DNA of 61,655 nucleotides, the filler included, from Asterionella formosa (Eukaryota), in NCBI GenBank assembly GCA_002256025.1. It is 15 parts of 15 records of this genome, joined end to end, with 100 filler letters (N's around TTAATTAATTAA, not from the genome) between each part and the next. Parts side by side here need not be neighbours in the genome. Positions count along the whole stretch, not along the records: positions 37,104 to 41,120 come from NKIB01013770.1; positions 41,221 to 45,233 come from NKIB01013771.1; positions 45,334 to 49,343 come from NKIB01013772.1; positions 49,444 to 53,449 come from NKIB01013773.1; 11 more parts are not named here. One strand, written 5' to 3'. Of this stretch, positions 37,874-49,749 are shown piece by piece. The notes under the pieces are model-generated. The model was not told where the DNA came from. It saw only the letters and a program-made list of their open reading frames with translations, and made no database searches. Made by a program: the position numbers and the translations under genes. Each line of letters begins with the position of its first letter. Positions within the stretch are counted from its first letter, which is position 1.

Positions 37874-39440
37874 CGTCTGCAAATAAAAAGTATCATGCAT
37901 ATAGGATCAAGGGTATCTTACGCTAAATGGCACAGGATTTTCGTATATATGATAATTTTTGGATCAAAAATATGATCAAGGTATCTTGTAACTATGATGA
38001 TTTATTAATATTTTACCGACCTTGAAGTATAATGATAATAAGAACATTATCATCACACAATGTATATAATGATCAACAACATTTCCCATCAATATCATAA
38101 ACCTTCTCATATTATTTTCACTTCTTGTGATCGCCCAATGTAAATTATAACTACAACGTATCCTAAAACCAACTCAACCCTATGCTACCATGTGAACTTT
38201 TTAATCGTAAATCTATCATAAACATGATCATAATTCGAATCACAAGCATTGTTCAAAAAAGATTGAAATGGATCGTAATTTAACTATCAAATTCAGCAAT
38301 GCTATCTATTATTCTACATGCCAGCGACCCAACATTTCTCTCTCTACTCAGCTCAATGTATATTGTATGTGTCTCACCCTTTTCTTCCTCTTTTCTGAAT
38401 CTTGTGCCAAGCAATGCCTTACTAATGTTGTGTCTCTCTCCATGCTGTTAGTGTCATTGTGAACTCGCCGGCTATTCCGTTTGATCAATGTTGTCGAATA
38501 TACCTCTTGTTTCACTTACCACAAATCAATGAGACTGAGGATGCATAAGTCTGTAATAGTAACATGATTGGTTTTATGGTCCTATGCAGTTACAGAAACA
38601 ATGAGAAGGAATGATTTGTTAGCTAGTAGTCATGTTACATTGAAACAACGACACGCAATTCCATCGTATCCTCTTGCTTCACTTACCACAAATCAATGCA
38701 ACTGAGGATGCATAAGTCTGTTATAGTAACTTTTCAGTAAGCCAAATTCTTGAATAAGTAAGTTTCGGGTATCCAATGTTGTCGAATAAAACATACCGGT
38801 TCATTTTTGTCAGCTTTACTTTGAGAGAAGAAAACGTTTTGTCAGCTTTGTTCCAACAGAAGTGAATAGGTCCAACAAGCAACAAGAGCACTTACGCAAT
38901 TTGGGTTTTGTTTTACATTGGTGCTCCCCAACAAGCGAAACAAGCTGTTGAATCAACTGAGAAAAAAGGAAATGTGGCTGCGTTTAGTTAACAATTTGTA
39001 GTTGCCCTGCCTCCAAACAATTGTCATCCAAGTACCACATTGATGGTTTCATTAACTTGAACATTCTCCATTCTTCGAAGGCGCAATGTGTCGAAGTCAC
39101 AATGTTTTTCGTTATGTATTGCGTAAACTTTCTTTGCTTGTCATGTGCTTTACTACGACGTATCTTTTCATGAAACAGCAGGCATTGTTTGTTAACATGA
39201 CAGAACGATTTCAAAAATATATATGCCATGAATATAGTTATAAAATTTGTATATATATATATATGGTGTTATAAATTTATAAAATTCAATGGCGCTCTCG
39301 ATATGGAACATCTGATATGGTTAAAATGATCATACTCGAATATACATAATTCGAAAATACTAAATGCTCTATATGTCCATTGCTTTCCACAACTACGTGT
39401 ACCGGAATTGTTTCTGAAATTTGTTTGCATCGATATTTTC
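37874..39440 (-). mobile_element. Longest copy of the intron-dense dispersed repeat (putative non-autonomous element; right boundary uncertain)
   Basis: Sharp left boundary CGTCTGCAAATAAAAAGTATC shared with other contigs. The interior is homologous to 7803-8161, 48470-49343 and (inverted) ~50820-51907. Predicted introns: 39035-38957, 38895-38819, 38796-38718, 38686-38582. Confidence 0.65.
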
Positions 39441-39654
39441 TACGTCCGTTAAAACTAATTATTTAGACCATCAATTGGTGTAAGTCATAACCGCCAGGGT
39501 TTTGGTAGCAAATTGTCTTAGCCCCTTTTTTGGTTGGGAGCTCTTCATGTGTACCGGTACATCATATGACAATAACAATATATCATATATATATATACAG
39601 AGTACCAGTAGCAGGTAGAAAGTGATATACTGGGGGTAGTCGGAGTAGTAAACT

Positions 39655-39916
39655 AGCAACAGAACACCATATGTTCAGGACTGTTGCTACTGCAGTGGGA
39701 CAGTAAATCATCATAGTTGTAGGATTGTACGTTTGTAAAACTAAAAACCAATAGAACACCATATGTTCAGGACTGTTGCTACTGCAGTGGGACAGTAAAT
39801 CATCATAGTTTTAGGAATGTATGATTGTGAAACTGAAAAGCGGTAGTCGGAGTAATAAGCAAGCAATAGAACACCATATGTCTATGACTGCTGCTACTGC
39901 AGCGGGACAGTAAATG
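39655..39916. repeat. Three direct repeats of a ~50-bp core
   Basis: AGAACACCATATGTTCAGGACTGTTGCTACTGCAGTGGGACAGTAAAT at 39661, 39753 and (diverged) 39868. Confidence 0.9.
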
Positions 39917-42514
39917 AATCTAAGATCATCAAACTTTAAGGAAGACAACGACAGCAGTTATCAAGTAGTACAATGTCTTCAAGAAACCATAAAGAGGTTC
40001 ATGGAAAAAAGCGACATGTGGCAAATTGCTACTGCCGGTATGGAACAAAGAAGCAAGTTCCAAAATGAGTTTACAAAGAAAAAGCGAATAGGCGATTATC
40101 CAAAGCAACCCAATCAGCGATTAGGAGACGTTGGGGGTAATACCCCATTGTCGATGGGTACACCATCAGCTACTAGTACAAAGAATCCCGTAATTGATAC
40201 TGACAGCGATGATGACATTACTACTTAAATGGTTGATACAAGAAAAATGGCTCCTGTCGATGATGCCATTAATAACTCCCGGATGTTGATGGACTACATG
40301 GTACCATATCATAAATTTTCTATTTGCACGGACCAACATGTTCATGAAAAACTAAGTGAAAAACATTTTGCACTTGCCAAAGAATATTATCAATCGGTCA
40401 ATGAACTCAATCACTACAAAGGTCATATTTTGGTTCAAAACTCACTTGTCTATACGAGGTTATCAAGACTCTTCAATTTCAGCAGCCTTATCAGAACATC
40501 GTTCTTGCCTAGCTAAACTTGAACCATCAATTGTCACAAAGGTTGTGAGTTGATTTTATTTTCAAGACCAAGAAGTTTTGCTGTGAACCTGTAAGTTTGA
40601 TGTTATAGTTTGTGAATTGCAGGTACTGTAAAACAGAATATCAATCAAATGTGTTTTTTTCTGTTCCCAAAAGAGAATCAAACATCCCGCCCTGCCTATC
40701 TGGTCCAAGTAGTATGAAAGGCATTTCCAATCACAAACAGAAATGGTTTGCCAAATGTTGCCTAACTCGGCTATACACAGTGAAACCGGAGTTAGGCAAA
40801 GAAGTGGAGAGTGACTCAGAGCTTGCCGATTTCATATGGAATGGTTCTGATGCAATACTTTCAATGAATCAGACAGACCATTGAACATACCAACAAGGCA
40901 CGTTTAGATTACATGAAATCAACATTTGGTGGCATGTTCATTAAAAAGTTGAGAGAATGTCAGAATGTATTGAATAATCAATTTAAAGGAATCTTAGGTA
41001 AGTTCTTGCAGGGAGATGCTCCGAAAGCATGATGTTTTGAGTCAGGGATTATATTCTTATCAAATATGTTTGCCAACATAATTCATGACACACCAGCTGG
41101 TTTAACAGAATATAACTTCCNNNNNNNNNNNNNNNNNNNNNNNNNNNNNNNNNNNNNNNNNNNNTTAATTAATTAANNNNNNNNNNNNNNNNNNNNNNNN
41201 NNNNNNNNNNNNNNNNNNNNAGATGCTCCACAAGATTGCAAACATGAACCTTTCCGTTGCAGACGATGACACAAAGGTTTTCAGGCCTGTCAATCGATGA
41301 AAATTGGTTGATAATTATGACATACAAAGCGGTTTTGTGACTGCTCATCATCGCATGGCGGCTGCTCTGAATCCTAGAAGGACAGAGGAGGACATGATAT
41401 CCTTTCATCATGATGCATGCAAAATGGTACTATTTTGAATCTCTGGCCCAAATTAAACCTGAAACCGGGTTCAACATTGTATTGACACACTGCACAGCTG
41501 AATTTTCTTCAATTGAATCTGCCGTGGGGCTTGCCAAACTATAGGAGCATGAAAAAAATGATGGACAAGGAATGCTGAACAGCATTGTTCCAACATTTGT
41601 AGTACTGCCATGGGGGCTCATCCTGATGTGCAATGTGCAGAGATTCCTGACATTGCACAAGCATCTGTTCCCAATCAGATCGCTATGAAAGAGGGCTATT
41701 CTTGAATGCATCTTTTGATTGAGTTTTACCATGCAGCTTTCCGGCAACATGGACTTCAGATGCTCCATCATTTTCTACCACTGCAAACTTTGCTAACAAA
41801 GATAATGCTTTGTGAATATTGAATTTTACTGTTACCTTCAGAGGTAAAGGAATCAATTTCCGGAGGGTTAATGAAGTGTCTGGAGATGTCAGCTGCTCTC
41901 TCTGGTGGAATCTAGGCATATGAAGTTTTTCATTGGATAGGTTCAATCAATTGACCACTGGTGGAGGGTGAGACAAGCCTGTACTTGTTGATATAATGTC
42001 TGCCGGAAAATTGCTGGGCATTGCATCAGCTGCAACACCAAACAGTACAAAAAATCATTGCTGCATCCATTGTCATTGACAATTCCTGCAAAGAAATCCA
42101 GGATTGCTTCTCTTCTCATGCATACTTGCTATTACAAAATCTTTCTTAGAGCAGTTGATTTGTTAATTTTCTCTCCCGAAATTACAAGGAGCAGAAAAAC
42201 TATTTTTCGAGAGAAAAAGCACATCATCAAAGTTAGCATCAAATCATAAAGAAATCAAAAATAATGTAGATGACTGTAGAATGACTTGGCATGCAATGAC
42301 TGTTAACAATAATGCAAATTTGAAGCTGAAGGATTTTTGAGTATTGAGACTACCAAAATGATTTAGTGAATGACTTTAAGCGAAAATGCTATTTAAAAGA
42401 AGAAATGGCACAGTATGCATTTTTCAAAGCTCCTGAGTGGGATTCGGATTTCTTTCTATATTCTATTGGGTGTATAATAAAATATATCTTCTTTTTAATT
42501 CATCTTAATTATAT

Positions 42515-45046
42515 TTATCCAATTCGACGTCTTTTACTTTTGACAAGACAATTAGAACATATTGTTCCTTGCTCACCTGCAACTTGATAGCCTGATATAT
42601 GTTTTTTGTAAGAGATGATACATTGATGCAATTGAATGATGATGTCACCACACACATCACACATACCGGTTGTCATCAATGTAGAATTGTATGCATCACC
42701 AACTTTCGCAACTTTGGCTACTTCAATTGCTTCAGTAATGGTTCCAACTGTGGTTTGTGGAATATGATCCTTGTATGCAGGTTTAGCTGTCAATTCAAAT
42801 TCAACTGTAGGTTTGATGACACTTTTTGCCTTCACTGCAGGCATCTCAGTAGCTGATGGTGAAGATGTCAAACCTTGATTAGAAATTTGCAATGCTAGAT
42901 AGTCGAAATTTTTTGTCAGATGCTGCTCAATATTTGTTATGGTAATCATTTTCGAATTCAAACCGGTTAAGGAATCATCTACAACTTGCAGAATGATTGT
43001 TGATGTTTTGTTTGTCTTCAAAATGAGGGCTTCAATGCGCTTAACAACTAGCTTGATTCTTGAAAATCTTTTGCTTTCTGCTTGAGTGAAATTGAAACGC
43101 CATTGGTTTTTGAATTTCGCTTCTAGCTGAAAAATGCCGCCCTGGAAACACCCTAGATTATTATTGTGATCAAAGAAGTGTGTACCAAACCATTCATGCC
43201 AAATCGACAGGCAGCTCAAATGATTCTTATAGAGTTCATACCTTGGACATCCATTTTCATTTTTCTTCATGTGAATGGCACTAACAGATGTTGAAACCCT
43301 TTGATCATTCAAAGATCTATTACTTTGTATTGATGATGAGGGCTGTGCAGATGATGAAAAATCGAAGGATGACAAATGATTCAAAAGAGACTGTAAGTGT
43401 TGTGGTCGAACTAAGCCATCAACTCTATCGTTCAACTGTGAAAAGTTTGCTCTCATTTCAGAATGCAAATTTGTAAATCGATCTCTGACACCAGGTAAAA
43501 TATAGTCAATTCTAAGATCCACTGGATCCTGAACCAAATTCAGATGATGACTCATATTCTTTAAAAATTCTTTGAACTCTTCACAGTTAAACACATCCAA
43601 TGTGAACAAAAAATGACCCCGACCATTCAATATCATTGTTGCTGCATCTTGCAGAATGATGACACGGAGGCAAGAGAGCAAATTAAGAAAAGCATAGACG
43701 GCAGAATTGGTAGCTGCATCAATAGATTCAATTTCTTTTTCAATAAATGGAAAGATAGTTTGTTGCAGGGTGATTGAAGGTTTGATGTGATCTCGTGGCA
43801 AAAAAACACTTCCTTTTTCATCTGGATGGCCAGCCATAACACGCATGGCTTTCATTGGCAGTTTAGCTTAACAAACATCACGTCGAGTATCCACATTCCA
43901 ATTTCCAAGGTCATTGATGTTATAGCCATCAAGTTCATCCAGCTCTGCTTTGACTGAACCAGCCGATCGACCAAAATGCACGAAATGTTTTGAAATAATG
44001 CCAAGGTGTCTGCAAGCATTCTTCATGTTACTCGCATATGCCTGATCAGTTACTGAAAAAGTGTTGTCGAAGCCCCGAGAATCTGTCAACAGCTTAATAT
44101 TGAACCAGGCTTTGTTTGAAGTAAAATCAAATGATTCTGCTTCTCCACTCTGCATAAATCTTGCCATTAAATAAAATCCAAGAGCACCAATAGCACACTC
44201 ATTGACATTACGATGTCGAATACAACGTCCATAAAGAGTCTTTAAACCATTTGTTTTCCCAGTAGCAATGCGCATCACATGAATTAAAATATCCTCTAGA
44301 ATTAAAATATCCTCTAGACTATTTTTATCCTTGTGTAACAAGGAACAAAGATCACTAAGTTCGCACTTAAAGAGTGATTCGCCTCTTAAGATCCCATTTG
44401 TTGTCATCAAAAGACAATATCGATCACATAAAGATGCCACTGAATAAATGGATGATAACGAATTTTTTTGAAAGAAAAAATCTTCAAGTCTTGGTATATC
44501 TTGAGCAGCAGTGTATGGCGTGAATTCACTTGTCAATTTTTCATCGAAATTGCTTTTCGCAGTTTGTGTCTTTCTCGTTTCTACTGTCTTCAGCAATCTT
44601 TTGACATGGCCAGACATTAGTACTTCCTTGGGTATGTTGTTGCATCCTCCATCCCGTTGTTGTGCATGCAAATCTAGGATGGCTGATCGATATTGATTGA
44701 GTACACTATATCCAATTGGCTTGTCTGAAATCCAATCAGTGTTGGAAATTACAGATTCATGATCATCCTTTGAAAATTGTTCTTCCACAGGTGTACATTG
44801 ACCTGGTCGTCCTCTGGGTCGCTGATGACGTCTTGATTGATACCATAAAAAGCCAAAGAACTTTTCTTCTGTCACTGTTGTAGATGGGATGCCATCCACC
44901 TCGGACGGAAAGGCATAACGGGAAAAATCAAGGAATTCTGCCATTTTTCTTCTATAGGCAAGAATGGTGTTTTCCGGACGACCAGCCTTATCGTCTGCTG
45001 CAACCTGTTTTGCTTGAGCTGCGAATTTTCCACTTGTGTATGACAT
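42515..45046 (-). mobile_element. Crypton-type (CryptonF-like) tyrosine recombinase transposon gene, NDC10-like YR + GCR1_C, inactivated by one in-frame stop
   Basis: ORFs 43868-45046 and 42515-43855 are in the same frame, separated only by TAA (RRDVC*AKLPMKAM). Motifs: RPENTILAY, ILRGES (R), GKTN (K), RHRNVNECAIGALGFYL, HFGR (HxxR), LGNW. GCR1_C-like IWHEWFG...LEAKFKNQWR...KRFSRIK. Confidence 0.85.
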
Positions 45047-45333
45047 GCTTAAATTGGAATAAATGATGTTGGTAATTTGGGAGGAGGTTGTATAGATTAT
45101 GTGGTAACGAATTCAATTCAAATGAAGAAGGGATGAGACAGGCAAAGAAGAACGAGAGTTTGGTTTTGGTTGTAACAAGATGATGATAACAGCGAAATTA
45201 CAAACATTCATGATCACTGCCTGTGTAAACGGTNNNNNNNNNNNNNNNNNNNNNNNNNNNNNNNNNNNNNNNNNNNNTTAATTAATTAANNNNNNNNNNN
45301 NNNNNNNNNNNNNNNNNNNNNNNNNNNNNNNNN

Positions 45334-46388
45334 AACAAGGTTGGGGTCCATTGAACTACAACTTTTTGCTCAATCTGGGAATCCAACTGACAAGTACCTC
45401 AAATCTGCAAACAGAAGCAAACAATTATCAACCAGTCTCTTCCATTCCCCCATCCGGAATAAACTTGAGCCAAGGCATCAATGGAGCCCTTCTTGTTGAT
45501 CAGGTTGTACAGTATCGACATCATGAGGACGCTAGAAACAGAATAAATCTGGACAAACTTGCCAGCCAACAAAAAGAAACAGCACCAAGGGCGATTACAA
45601 GCAATAAACGATACACAGCCAGTCTTCATGTCGCTACAGGTAGGTTCTTCAACTCCTGAAGTGGTCGATGACAAGCTGAAAAGGAAGAGGCATGCTGAAT
45701 AAGTGCCGAAAGGGAAAGAGAATAAGAAATTAGATGCACATACAGCACTTGTAAACAAGATTTATGCAATCAGAACTCTAAACAAGCAGCTTGTAGAGTG
45801 GACAGTGGCGCAAACAAAAAAATGCAATGTGGTACAAGCGAGCAAGCCAACAACAAAGCAACTTCTACTAACCAGATACCATGACACCATGATGTGCAGC
45901 AATGCTGCAGTACCAGTTGCAACTGCAATGGTACCACTTCCTCACCCTTTGGTTGCTCCTATTACATGACAAGATATGATGGGAGGACCACCAGTCTAAG
46001 AACAATGCAACGACTACTGCGACAAAATGGGGGGAGTCTTTGATGGAACCGACAAGATAAAATGGGAACACCATCAATATAAGAATGATGCAACCAACTA
46101 CTGAGAAAAAACATGCAAACGATGTAATATTTTCTACCCCTCGCCTATGAGAATTACTAAATGTATGTTAAAATTTTAATCAATGGCTTTGAGCCACTTC
46201 GACCGGTTTTGTCACTTTTAAAAGGGATAGATCTCAGTTAATATATACCCGGTATGTTCAAGTAAAGATTGATCTAATTCTCATGTAGGTTAATGAACTA
46301 ACTAATATTGTGCCAAAGGGCAAAAGAGGGGATCGATTTAGCATAATTCCAGTTCAAGTCGGAAAACGGTATTGATCACTAATATGTG
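45334..46388 (+). mobile_element. Partial second copy of the pogo-like element at 58743-60823
   Basis: Collinear nucleotide similarity from GGTTGGGGTCCATTGAACTAC through the 3' subterminal region. The right TIR is missing. Confidence 0.8.
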
Positions 46389-46603
46389 AACATAGAGATG
46401 AAGTAAACACCACAAAGCAGTCGGCATTCAAATTTCTTTAGTCTATTTGCTTTCAGATAGCCAAAATCTGATCGCATTTTGATGGTAGGCTTTTGCCAAT
46501 TGTGTTCTAGCAGCAAACAGTCGGAGCCTACATATATCAGACCTAAGCTGTTATCTTTATTACGTTGGGTTCTCACTATTCAGAACCAAGTATTTATATG
46601 TGT

Positions 46604-47749
46604 TCATTCATCACTGGTGGGAGGAGTGTAAAATGGAAAATCAGTGTATCCTTTCTCCCCAGTTGGATACCACCAGTGCTCGTAAGCCGCTTCGGGTTCA
46701 ACTGGCCAGTTGTTGGCAAATCGCTCGACCAAATCGGGGTTGGAAATGTACAGGCGTCCAAAAGCAGCAAGATCAGCTGCCCCAGAACGAATCACACCTT
46801 CAGCACTTTCCTTGTTGAGACCAATATTTGTAATAATGGGTCCACTCCAGACCTTGCGAATGTCTGCGACAGTAACCACCTTGCACAAAGAATGGAAGCC
46901 AAAGCCAAGGCCATCCATGACGTGAACGTACGCGAGACCATACTTGTCCAATTCTTCGCAGACGTAAGGGAACATGGTGTCATTGTCGGCAGATCCCATA
47001 CTTCCATAGTTCCCATTAGGACTGATGCGAAACCCAATGCGATTTGCAGGGAAAGCACCATCTTCAATGAGAGCCTCTACAGTCTCCTTGAGGAAACGAA
47101 GGCGGTTTTCGGGACTGCCGCCATACTGGTCCTCACGTTGGTTGCTCGAGCTCTGAAGGAACTGGTCAAACAAGTATCCATTGGCACTATGAAGCTCGAC
47201 GCCATCAAAGTCTGCTTCCTTGGCAAGGCGGGCTGCCTTGACAAAGTCTTGAGTGGTTTCCTGCACCTCCTCAGCGGTCAAGGCGCGAGGAACTTCGTAG
47301 TCCACATACTCGCCGGTGACGGCGTGGGTTTGACCCACAGCTGCGATAGCAGATGCAGAAACAGTGTCGTTTGTGGAAGGGTGGTGGCTGCTGTGCGCAG
47401 CACGTCCCATATGCCACAACTGTAGATAAATGACTCCACCCTTGGCGTGAACAGCGCTGGTTACCTTCTTCCAGCCTTCCACTTGGTCGGCGGTGCGAAT
47501 GTGAGGGGCGTTGCGCCAACCAGCGCCCAATTCTGAGACGGCAGTAGCCTCCGTGACGAGGAGTCCACCCGAGGCACGCTGAGCGTAATGCTCAGCCATG
47601 AGATCGTTGGGGATTGCGTTGATCGGATCGAAGGGCTCTTCCGTCGGCGTGCAGCGACCTCTGGTCATTGGAGCAAGGACGACCCGATTCTTGAGCTCTT
47701 GTCCTCCAATAGTGAAAGGAGAGAGAAGCTGCATCTGAGGAGCTGCCAT
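46604..47749 (-). CDS. Old Yellow Enzyme family NADH:flavin oxidoreductase (OPR/NemA-like ene-reductase), 381 aa, intronless
   Basis: Motifs NRVVLAPMTRGR, YAQRASGGLLVTEAT, LQLWHMGR, DGVELHSANGYL, FGRLYISNPDL, GYTDFP. True start is likely MAAPQ at 47749. Confidence 0.95.
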   Translation of the reverse strand: MAAPQMQLLSPFTIGGQELKNRVVLAPMTRGRCTPTEEPFDPINAIPNDLMAEHYAQRASGGLLVTEATAVSELGAGWRNAPHIRTADQVEGWKKVTSAVHAKGGVIYLQLWHMGRAAHSSHHPSTNDTVSASAIAAVGQTHAVTGEYVDYEVPRALTAEEVQETTQDFVKAARLAKEADFDGVELHSANGYLFDQFLQSSSNQREDQYGGSPENRLRFLKETVEALIEDGAFPANRIGFRISPNGNYGSMGSADNDTMFPYVCEELDKYGLAYVHVMDGLGFGFHSLCKVVTVADIRKVWSGPIITNIGLNKESAEGVIRSGAADLAAFGRLYISNPDLVERFANNWPVEPEAAYEHWWYPTGEKGYTDFPFYTPPTSDE

Positions 47750-48469
47750 GGTGATTAGTTGTTGCTTGTAGGTGGTCCAAGACGTTGCTGTTGCAGCCTG
47801 TTTCGATTTTATGATCAACCAAAGACCGGTATGTAGTTTTGCTGAATCCAAATCTTGGTATTCTCCGGAGGCCGGAGTACTTTGTATCTTTTTACATGGA
47901 CTGGCGGTACCTGGTACCTGGCACAAGCATGTAGAGTACCTGGTACCTGGGTATCATACGGGTAAAGATACCGGTATGAATTTTGATTAGGTACCTACTG
48001 GTACCAGGTATGCCACTACATACCATCGCTCTTTTGCCGTGTCAGCAACTTTTGGTCTGTGTTCGAAAATGTTCTTCGAATCTCCAAGAAGGGCGAATGA
48101 ACAACAATTTCTAGTACACATAGGTGGTCAGTACTGTCCGGTACCTCTCCCTTGCTTGACTGTGTTGAAAATATGGTATAGAGAAAGGCAAAAATTCTAC
48201 CCAGTGGTACTGGGGGTAGAAATTTTTTTCACATTTTGGTACATAGAATATTCTACCAACGGACCGATGGAACCCTGCAGTATGCCATGGTATCGTCCAA
48301 GAAATTCTACCACGATACAACAAGGTATGAAATGGGATTGAATTTAAAAATTAAACTAAATATCAACATGGTGACAATGCCAACAAGAAGAGTAAAAGAA
48401 CCTACACAATCCCCTGTTTACAAGAGTGTCTTTATTGCTATGATTGTCTGTAATTAAAAAATATCATGA

Positions 48470-49343
48470 AAATATGATCAAGGGTATTGTGCACTAAGTG
48501 GCACAGGATTTTCACATATATGATAGTTTTTCGATCAAAAATATGATCAAAGTATCATATAATTATGATCATGCAGTAAACTTTTACCCAGCTTGAAGTA
48601 TGATGAGACTATCATAGTTATAATACCATTGCATCATATAATTAGTTAAACATGGTCATATGATGTGTATACTTTTGTCATACATCCATCTTAGCATGAT
48701 CGTAATTCTCATCGATATCACTGTCTAAAATAGGATGAAATTGATCGAAATTTAGAAGTATATTTAGCTAAGAATGGTTCTATGATTCTATATCTTAAGT
48801 GGCTACAGAATGTTCTACAATGCTCTCATCGCAATGATTGTTGGTGCCGCTTTCACTTCCACCTTCCCCCCAATCCAATTCTGAAGGTTGTTGTACTGGT
48901 TGCCTTGCCGTTGTTCCCCTGCTTTGTTCCATTTACTCCTGAGTGTTGTTCTGAGTTTGCACTCACGCATTTTCCTATTACTATTGAATCCGTTTTGTTG
49001 TTCCAATCAGCCATACTAACAAAGAGAAGCAATTCATTGTTAGCTGTTCATGTTTTGCTTACACAACAACATTCATTTCGCTTCTATCTTGCTTCACTTA
49101 CCACAAATTGAGGAAGTAACTGATGCTTATTTCTGTAGAAGAATGTGTCAGTCGAAGATTGAATGAGAAGCAAAGTATCGATCAATAAATGGGCTCCAAC
49201 ACTGCTCTTTGTAACATACAAATACTGTTTGTCTACCATTATCCTGAAAGAAGCAACACATATGTGTCAGTTTTTCTAACAGTTGTGGATTGATCCAAAG
49301 ATGGCTGATAGGCAGCACTTACCGATTTCTTTTGTCCACATTG
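48470..49343 (-). repeat. Diverged copy of the intron-dense repeat family
   Basis: Subterminal AAGTGGCACAGGATTTTC. Predicted introns 49322-49244, 49219-49133 and 49101-49016, each with a CTGAC/CTAAC branch motif. Confidence 0.75.
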
Positions 49344-49443
49344 NNNNNNNNNNNNNNNNNNNNNNNNNNNNNNNNNNNNNNNNNNNNTTAATTAATTAAN
49401 NNNNNNNNNNNNNNNNNNNNNNNNNNNNNNNNNNNNNNNNNNN

Positions 49444-49637
49444 TTACCTACAACTTCCACCCCTTCTGTGTAATTCGCTCGCATCTCGTTGATAGAGTGT
49501 CTTGATATAATCGCATAGTTAAAAAGCAGCATTGTGATAATGGTGATTCCGAAATACAATTTGACCACCGGTACCGACATTTTCTTCTCGTTCTTCGCTA
49601 TCTTCCCTCTATTCATTGAGGCGAGACAGAAGGACAT
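49444..49637 (-). CDS. 5' end of a hypothetical type II membrane protein
   Basis: Basic N-tail followed by hydrophobic LYFGITIITMLLFNYAII; the frame is open to the contig end. Confidence 0.4.
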
Positions 49638-49749
49638 GAGTCATGGACGAAAGAGTCCATTGCAGATTGAATCAGTGATGTCCAAGCAAATGTGAAGTTT
49701 TTGCAAAATTACAATAAAATTTATTTGTTATTCTTCCTACCGGTAAGGT

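Noticed and set aside
38984..39229. piggyBac C-terminal fragment inside the intron-dense repeat
   Set aside because: Resemblance is weak, there is no TTAA-bounded terminus, and the ORF crosses a predicted intron.
39655..39916. CRISPR-like repeat-spacer pattern
   Set aside because: Only three ~50-bp copies, and the intervening sequences are homologous to each other.
41221..42300. Second gene belonging to the Crypton element
   Set aside because: Only short broken ORFs without recognisable motifs, and the element boundaries could not be defined.
46565..47425. 286-aa plus-strand ORF
   Set aside because: Antisense shadow of the codon-biased OYE gene.
47750..47926. N-terminal extension of OYE in the ORF track (likewise 53615-53716 for the cyclin and 28157-28282 for the LRR protein)
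   Set aside because: These start at non-ATG codons from bacterial-style calling and run through promoter-like sequence.
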